Assembly: GCF_009914755.1 (NCBI RefSeq)
Contig: NC_060936.1
Origin: the human T2T-CHM13v2.0 reference genome, Homo sapiens
DNA length: 64,000 nt
Direction: 5' to 3' (one strand)
In this document: positions 56,208 to 64,000 of the stretch, in pieces
Layout: each line of letters begins with the position of its first letter
Position numbering within the stretch: the stretch's first letter is position 1
Made by a program: the position numbers and the translations under genes
The notes under the pieces: generated by a model
The model's database searches: none
What the model saw: only the letters and a program-made list of their open reading frames with translations
Told to the model about the DNA's origin: nothing

Positions 56208-57699
56208 AAACTTTATTATTTGAAGGTGCATTTGAAAAGGTCTAACTAGTATACTAACCCTGCGATTTCACAAATATTGCTTAAGATGAGGTTAAATCTA
56301 TTTAAGTAAACTGTGTGCTGAGTTATCAAAAAAAAAAATTTAAGTAAATTATAAGGTGGGTCACAGCCTAAACTGGAAAAGTGGCACAGGAATAACTAAA
56401 GTTTAAGAAACATCCTTCTAGCATGTTCAAAAAGATTTCAACATGTCCATACAAAGGGCCCAGTCACCTACATAAGACAGAGGGAGAAGGCAATGACTTC
56501 ATTGCATTTTTCCCAGCACCAAACATGACCTTGCAGAGGGTATCATTAAACAAAGGCTTGCTGAATTGAATTGAATCTCCAACATCCTGCATCCTTTGAC
56601 CTCTGTTATACACCATTCCTGAAAAGGAAAAATGAACTTTTCAAAAAAATAAAGTTTAAGACCTTTGGGAAATAGTCTTTTGGTTTCATTTAGCTGATTG
56701 TAAGAAAAAATAGAATTACATCTTGGTTTTTACCTTTTAACTTTAGGGTATGTCTCTATTTGATGCTCTCAAAGACTCAGATAAATCACTAAGTCCCTAC
56801 TGTTCATTCTGTTCATACAAGAACAAAAATCTTATGAACAACCCACATGAAATTCACCACTGACTCAGGCTTGCTCTGGCAAAAGATTTTCTTTTTTTGT
56901 GCTCACTCTACATTGCACCATAACTTTTGAACTACTGCTTTCATATTTATTCCCTTTATTTCCTTGTGTATTCCCCCAAGGAAAGGAACTCATTGTCTGT
57001 ATTCTGCCCAAATATATTCTGGAAGCACTTGAAGTATTTGCCTCATGCCTCTGTATCAGTTTCAGGGCGATCATAAATCAACAGTCTGTGGACCAAGGTG
57101 CTCAGACCAAAAACATGCCTTTGAAAAACACATAGCATCGCTTTCCACAAGCAGCTGCAGCCTCTTATTAATGGCTCAGGAGTCTTTCACACCTCCTTTT
57201 AAATCCAGTGCATTTGAAGTAATAAAACAGGGAGCAGTTTATAGACAGGAAATATTAAAATATTTAATTGCTTTTTTTTTTCTTGGCACAAGACAGCCTC
57301 AAGCTTTCTATAACACACGAATAAGGGACACCTGCCCATGCTTGAATGGACATGAAACAGAGAATTGCTAAATTGGATACATCTGTGACTAAACCTCTGC
57401 TTTTAAACCCATATCAAGCTCATTTCTTTTTATTAGTTCTAACCATTTCCCTCCAATTACCTTTCATTTTCTTATTCCTTCTCCTTGTCCAGGTTACAAC
57501 AAAACACAAAAGAATAAATTGATATCATACCCAAGAGATCCCCTAATCTATCCCAAACAGAAACGGCATACAACTTGAACCTTGAATATTATTCCCATTG
57601 TCCAGTTTTATAACCTAGACCATTAAACCCTTCTCAGACTCTAAATGTTAAGAATACTAATGGAATCACTAAATTTTTTCACAAGCCTCTGTATAGGGC

Positions 57700-57930
57700 A
57701 GAGAAAGGCAGCCTGTTGTCAAGTCCCAGCTCTGTCGATTGCTACTTGAATGACTTTAGGCATGTAACTTTGTTTTTCTGAGCTTCAGTTTCTTCCTCTG
57801 TAAAATGGAGATAGCTGGGTGTGGCTCTCACATGAGGTGGTTTTGAGCACTAAATGAGATATCAGTTGTTAAGCATTGGTATGGTATTTGGCACTCTGTG
57901 AGGCCACAGTGTCAGTTGTCCTTTTATTAT
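57700..57930 (+). mobile_element. MIR SINE
   Basis: ctgagcttcagtttcttcctctgtaaaatggagata...taaatgagat. Confidence 0.8.
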
Positions 57931-58028
57931 GATCCAATCCAAAAACAATTGTTCATAAAGCAAAAGGAGATATGACAAGCATCCTTCTATAAACAACTAA
58001 AAGTAATACAATAGTCTCTTGCTATATT

Positions 58029-58638
58029 TGTATTGGCTTTTTTATTGCTACATAACACATTTCCACAAACTTATTGTTTAAACAACACCCATTGATTAGC
58101 TCACAGTTATGCAGTCAGAAGTCTACCATGGCAAGACTGGGTTCTCTTCTCAGGGCATCACCAGCAGAAATCAAAATGTCAACAGGGTTGAGTTATTACC
58201 TAAAGACTCTGAGAAGTGACCTGCTTCCATACTCATGTGGTTATTGGCTGAATTCATTTCCTTGTGATTGTAGTACTGAGGTCCCTGTTTCTTTGCTGGC
58301 TGGCCCCAAAGGGGCCTCTCTCAGCTCTTAGATACCACTCTCAGTCCTTTCCCATGTGAATTCCTCCACCTTCAAAGTCCACAAAAGAGAATTTCTTTCA
58401 TACTGAATCCCTCTAATGCTTCAATTCTCTCCAACTTCTGCGATCATCAAGAAGAAAACTGTGCTTTTAAAGAGGTCATGTGCTCAGGTTAGTTCAGCCT
58501 AGATAATCTCCTCATTTTAAAGCAAATTGATTAATAAACTTAATTTCATCTGCAAAAATCTCTCTTGCCATATAACATAATCATGGAGTAACACCCAAGA
58601 GCATAGATTATGGGGGCTGTCTTAGGATTCTAGTGACA
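58029..58638 (-). mobile_element. MLT1E/F-like MaLR LTR
   Basis: tgtattgg...ccacaaactt...ttaaaacaacaccca...ctgaggtccctgtttctttgctggctg...ggggctgtcttaggattc. Confidence 0.8.
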
Positions 58639-59413
58639 ATAAAATTTTAATACTGAGGGTCAGGATGAAAAAACTTAAATCATATTGTAAGGCAGAGCTA
58701 GGAAGAATTGTGGCAACCTCCTAACAACTCTTTCTAGTCTCTATTCTTGCTGCCTTCAAATTCAATCTTCATAGAACTGTCTGTATTAAACATCTAAAGC
58801 ATATTTTGTAAGCTCCTCATTGCCTACAAGATCAAGTTTAAATAACTTAACCTGACCCACAAACCCTCCATGGTTTGACTGGTCTCTCGAGCCTCTTGCC
58901 AATTCCATATTCATGCTTTATGCCTCAGAAACACCAAACTGCATATAGTTTCCCTCATTCACCATGATATTTCTCACCTCTGTGCCTTTATTCAAGCTGT
59001 GCTCTCCACGGGGACACCCTCTGTGTTCTCACTACCTCTTTATCCAGGTAACTCCTATTCGTTCTTTAATTTTGCTCAAGTGTCACTTCATTTACTCATT
59101 CATTTATCCAAAAAAATAACCGTCAAACATCCACTCTGTGCCAGAGACTAGGGTGTAGTGATACATACCCCAGTCTCTGCTTTCAGAGAGCATGCACTGT
59201 AGTTTGGAGCATAGGTAATTCAACAAATGATCACAGTCCAGTGAAAAGTACAGTGACTAGAGGGGACCTGGAGCACCTACAACAAGGAACTTAGCCAAAG
59301 TCAGATATTTTCTGGAAGAAGTGACATCTAAACCAAGACCCAAAGCATGAGTAGGAATGGTCAAGTAAATGGGAGGAGAAGGGAAGTTTCCAGACAAGGG
59401 AATAGCATCATAA

Positions 59414-59750
<337 letters not shown>

Positions 59751-59759
59751 AGAACATAG

Positions 59760-60069
59760 TCTTTTGTTTTTGTTTTGTTTTTGTTTTGAGACAGAGTCTT
59801 GCTCTGTTGCCCAGGCTGGAGTGCAGTGGTGCAATCTCGGCTCACTGCAAGCTCCGCTCTCCCGGGTTCACGCCATTCTCCTGCCTCAGCCTCCTGAGTA
59901 GCTGGGACTACAGGTGCCCGCCACCACAACTGGCTAATTTTTTGTATTTTTAGTAGAGACGGGGTTTCACCGTGTTAGGCAGGATGGTCTCCATCTCCTG
60001 ACCTCGTGATCCGCCTGCCTTGGCCTCCCAAAGTGCTGGGATTACAGGTGTGAGCCACCGTGCCCGGCC
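59760..60069 (-). mobile_element. AluY
   Basis: diagnostic gcaagctccg, gggttcacgccattctcc, accgtgttag..aggatggtctc, ctgacctcgtgatccg. Confidence 0.95.
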
Positions 60070-60809
60070 GAACATAGATTTTTTAAGAGAGTCAAAACAG
60101 CTCAACCTGACTGGGGTATGGAGTGTTGGAGGCAGTACAGGAGCTTTCCCTTGGGCAACGTGGAGCCAGTGAAAAGTTTAAGGTTAGATTTCTGTTTTAG
60201 AGACAGCTCCCCTAACTGGCCTGCAGATAATAGATTGGAGGAGGGACTGACAAGAAGAGAAGAAACCAACAGAGAGGTCTGGGGCAGTCATCCAAAGCAG
60301 AGAGGAGAGTGACTGGTTTTATATAGGGGCAACAGAGATTGAAAGAGATGGACAGATTTGAGAGAGAATGCCACCTACAAGAACTTGGTGATGAATCAGA
60401 TGTTAAGGATGAGGGAGGGTGATGTCCATGTTTCTAGCTTGGGCAACAGGGTGGATGCCAGTGTCTGTCACTGACAATGAGAACATGGGTGGAGAAGCGG
60501 TTTTGTGGGGGAAGATAATTGTTGCCACATGGCTTCTGGGATAGCCAGTAATTTACAGAGACTATTTCAATTCTTTCTAGCCCACCTGTATGATTCAACT
60601 ACATTAAGCAAGAAAAGAAGCCCATTTGTTGAGTGTAGGAGCAAGAAGGGAGAATTTAGAAATGGCACCAGTCACTTCTTCCCCTAATTATCCACCTCTT
60701 GGCCCAAGGTAGAAGATTCTCATCATATGGGACTTCTTACTCAGCCTCAGTGAGGACAGAGGAGAATGATGGTGATGACCATTCACATTAGCTCTTTTCT
60801 CTGACAGCT

Positions 60810-61150
60810 GAGCTCTTCCCCCAGATATCTGCCTGGCTCCCTCCCTTCTTGGCTTCGTTCAGGTCTCTGCTTAAACGTCACCTGATTAAAGGGGACTTAC
60901 CGACCACACTTTATAAAGAGAAAAATCTTTCTCCCACACCCCAGCACTCCCTCATTTGCTTTATTTTTCTCATAGCACTTTTCACCACCTCACAGAATAT
61001 GTGTGTGTGTGTGTGTGTGTGCATGTTTCTGCTTTAGAAGAATGTAAGTTCCAGCAAGGGCAAGGACTTTATTCACTACTGAATCTCCATCTCTAAAACA
61101 GTATTCGGCACATAGTGAGCACCAGTAAATATTTATTGAGTGGATGAATG
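60810..61150 (+). mobile_element. L2a 3' end containing a (TG)n run at ~60999-61021
   Basis: cttcccccagatatctgcctggctc...ggcacatagtgagcaccagtaaatatttattgagtggatgaatg. Confidence 0.8.
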
Positions 61151-61229
61151 CAGGAATAAAGTCTGATGCTCAGAAGATTGATCTTGGCTGAAGAAAATTA
61201 TGTGGAAATCATCAGGATAAAAACGGTAT

Positions 61230-62075
61230 TACAATCATAATAGACAGGCTTTCTCAGGAAGAAAACACAGAGTTACAAGAGATCTCTGGGCAATTCCAAC
61301 ATTTACCAATCCTTAAATGATGAGCTGTAAAGGAAGAGCCTGCAAAACAATGAGAAGGCAGAGGCAAGGAAGGAGAGGGAGAACCAGAAAATTAGGGGAG
61401 TCAGAGGAACCAAGGGAGGAAGCTGAGCTTACAGAAAGTGTCAACAGTGGCAAATGCAACCAAGAAGACAAATAAGGAAAAGGCTAGAAAGTTTCCGTTG
61501 TATTTAACAACCAAGATGCCATTATTGACCTGGGTTGAGAGCAATTTGAGGGAGAGGTCAAGATGAGGGCCAGATTTTAGTGGACTTGGGACTGAAAGGC
61601 AAGAGAGAAAGGATAAAAAAAAGAAGTAGATGAGGGAGGTAGCTGGAGGGATGCTGGACTAAGAAGAGGGATTTTTCTCAAGATAGTGGAGAATTGAACA
61701 AATTTAAAGGTTGGTGGGAACGACACAGTAAAGAGGAAGAGGTTTAAGATAAGAGAAAGCAAAAAGATAATCAACACCGGGAGATCTCTAAAGTACAGGA
61801 AGGGAGGTTTCCTTCTTCAGGAAGCCTCCTCTGACCTCTGCCTACCCCTCCTCCTCTCCTTCCTCCATACTGCAGAGCTGGTGTCAAGTGTGCTTAGGTC
61901 TATTACTGTGCTTATCCAGGGGAATTGTAACTCGGTTTATGTCACTGTCATGCCACTAGGTTATGAGCTTAATTAGGGAAGGGATGACTTCAGATTCACC
62001 TTTTTATCACTAAGAACTAGCACAAAATCTGGTACATAAAAAATAATAAATATTTGATGAATGAATGAATGGATG
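61230..62075. mobile_element. L2 fragments (minus 61230-61810; plus 3' end 61810-62075)
   Basis: gtgtcaacagtggcaaatgc, ttattgacctggg; ctagcacaaaatctggtacata...aaatatttgatgaatgaatgaatg. Confidence 0.65.
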
Positions 62076-63029
62076 AAAGAAGCAATAGACAAGCAGACAC
62101 ATGGACAGACAGACTCAATAAATATATGTATAATGCCTACTGTGTGCCCTTGCTCTGGGCTCTGATAATTGACCAGTGCACAAAACAAAACCCATGAACA
62201 AGTGAATTGAGGAAAGGACATGAAATTGTGGAAGAAAAAATAAAAACAGTCCAATGAAACATCATGAACCAGCACTTCATAAATTCAAGAATGTTGAGGT
62301 TTTAGAAGGGACACCATACTTCTTCACAGCCAATTTCTTTCACGTGGGAAGAGAGGATTTGCTTACCATTTATAAAGATTGAGTATAGCCTTGTTCCCTC
62401 ATTTCCTGTTTCTCAGGATACTTGTAATCTATGAATCACTTGCTTGAATTTGCCTTTCTCTACAAGCTCTCAAAGGTGGGTTGCACTGTTGCCAGTTTTT
62501 ACCAAGAGAGATGTATATCCAAGCTTCCAGGGTACAAAGCCCTGACTGTGGTTTACTCCAATGTGCCTTCCCACTCAGGATTTCAGTCATCCTTATGTTC
62601 TCCTACCAAGAATAAAGGGAAAAGATGGGAACACACATATGGACATTCCCCTGTAGTCAAGCAACCACTAAGAGCAGGGTATTCGGGGATATTGCTCAAA
62701 CATTTCCAAACACGAATGTCTATGTTTGAATTATTAGTGCACATCCAGGAAAAACCCAGACCTCACAGACAGGAGTGATTGAGGCACCAACACACAACAA
62801 CACTACCGTGATGTGATGTCAAGAAACTATTCCAGGTCACTTATGCAAGTGACAGAAAAGTCACCCAAACAAACATATAAAGAAACATGGCAGTCTCTGT
62901 GCAGCATTTAAGAATCCACATTGTAAAGACTCTTGGATATCAGATGCTAATCAAACACTCATTTTTTCTCTTTCCTTACTTCCCTTACTGTGGTCAGATT
63001 TTCAAAAATAAGAATTGAATCCTTTCTTG

Positions 63030-64000
63030 ACTCTTCTTACTCTGAAACTCAGTTCCTCATCTTGGTTTGGCCCTTTACTTTTATCCAGTTACGCTTTTCT
63101 CCCAATGATATTATCCAATTGAGCAATCACTTCTACATAGATTGCTCTCAATTCTTTGGCCATGAGCTCAGACCTGTATTGTAATCTTCTAGCCGGATAT
63201 CTGGATGTTTCTCCAATACCACAAAACAAACATGTTCAAAACCAAAGTCATCCTCTTCCTCCACAAAACCAGTTCTTCCACTTGACTTTCCAGCTTCTAT
63301 TAATGGTGCCACTGTTCTACTGGCCAGAAATCTCAATCATCATTGACTCTTTCCTCTCTTTTATCCCTCCCTCTCGTCCATTCTTAAATTCTACAGCAAA
63401 GTTATCTAAGACTCATTTCTAATATTTCACTCCCATTTATCCTCCTTAATATTCAACTTTTTGTTTTATTTTCACTACCTCCACTCTAGTTCAAGCTCTT
63501 ATGTCGTCTCACCTGGACTATTGCAAACACTATTACTGGGAAAATAACATTCCATAATCTGATAGATTTATATTCAAACTCTAGTTTTATTTCTTTCTAG
63601 GTGTGTGGTCTTGAGCAATTTTCCCAAACCCTCTAAGCTTCAATTTGCTCCATTAAATGGTGGATCATTTCAGGAGTATATAAGACGATGTAAAGTTAAA
63701 GCATTTAGTATATAATAGTTCAATGGATCAATTACTATTCCCCTAAAAAAAAGTGTTCTAATCATGTCCTTTCCATATTCATAAACCTCAAATGACTTCC
63801 TTGTTTCTACAAAATAGGACCCAGTTATTTATCTGCCTTCTACAACATCACCCAAGCTATTTTTCTAGCCTTCATCTCCCAAACTGGCGTTTTCAGTCTT
63901 CCCCAAACACACCCATGTGTTTACTCTGATGATCTTTACAACTGATACAACTTTCCCATTAATCTCCACCAGTCAAAATTCTACCATCCTTTTAGAAACA
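63030..64000 (+). mobile_element. L2 element with a MIR insert (~63580-63740)
   Basis: ctcagacctgtatt...aaacatgttcaaaaccaaagtcatc...tctcacctggactattgcaa; ctaggtgtgtggtcttgagcaa. Confidence 0.7.

Overview
AT-rich, CpG-depleted primate genomic DNA (catarrhine, most likely human/ape: AluY, AluS/J, L1PA, THE1/MSTA present). It looks intronic or intergenic. I see no protein-coding exon, processed pseudogene, RNA gene or CpG island. The ORF-track entries are repeat-derived or chance ORFs. Much of the window is transposable-element remnants: Alus, L1 (a 4.5-kb L1MA5/6-like copy, an internally deleted L1PA8-like copy with both ends, several 3' fragments), HAL1, many L2/MIR, MaLR/ERVL solo LTRs and hAT/Tigger MITEs. 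Structure not explained by standard repeats: (i) a ~150-bp inverted repeat at 34.7/35.3 kb; (ii) a 67-bp fold-back inverted duplication at 28.7/29.1 kb later split by an Alu; (iii) a 25-bp-stem, pre-miRNA-sized hairpin with a third arm at 40.2 kb; (iv) a 148-bp tandem duplication at 45.2 kb whose translation resembles CR1/L3 RT motifs; (v) an L1 lacking ORF1/EN but keeping its 5'UTR and an open ORF0-like antisense frame; (vi) two Alus inserted at the same target site. Subfamily names come from remembered consensus sequences, not a database search. I cannot claim a new biological system from sequence alone.
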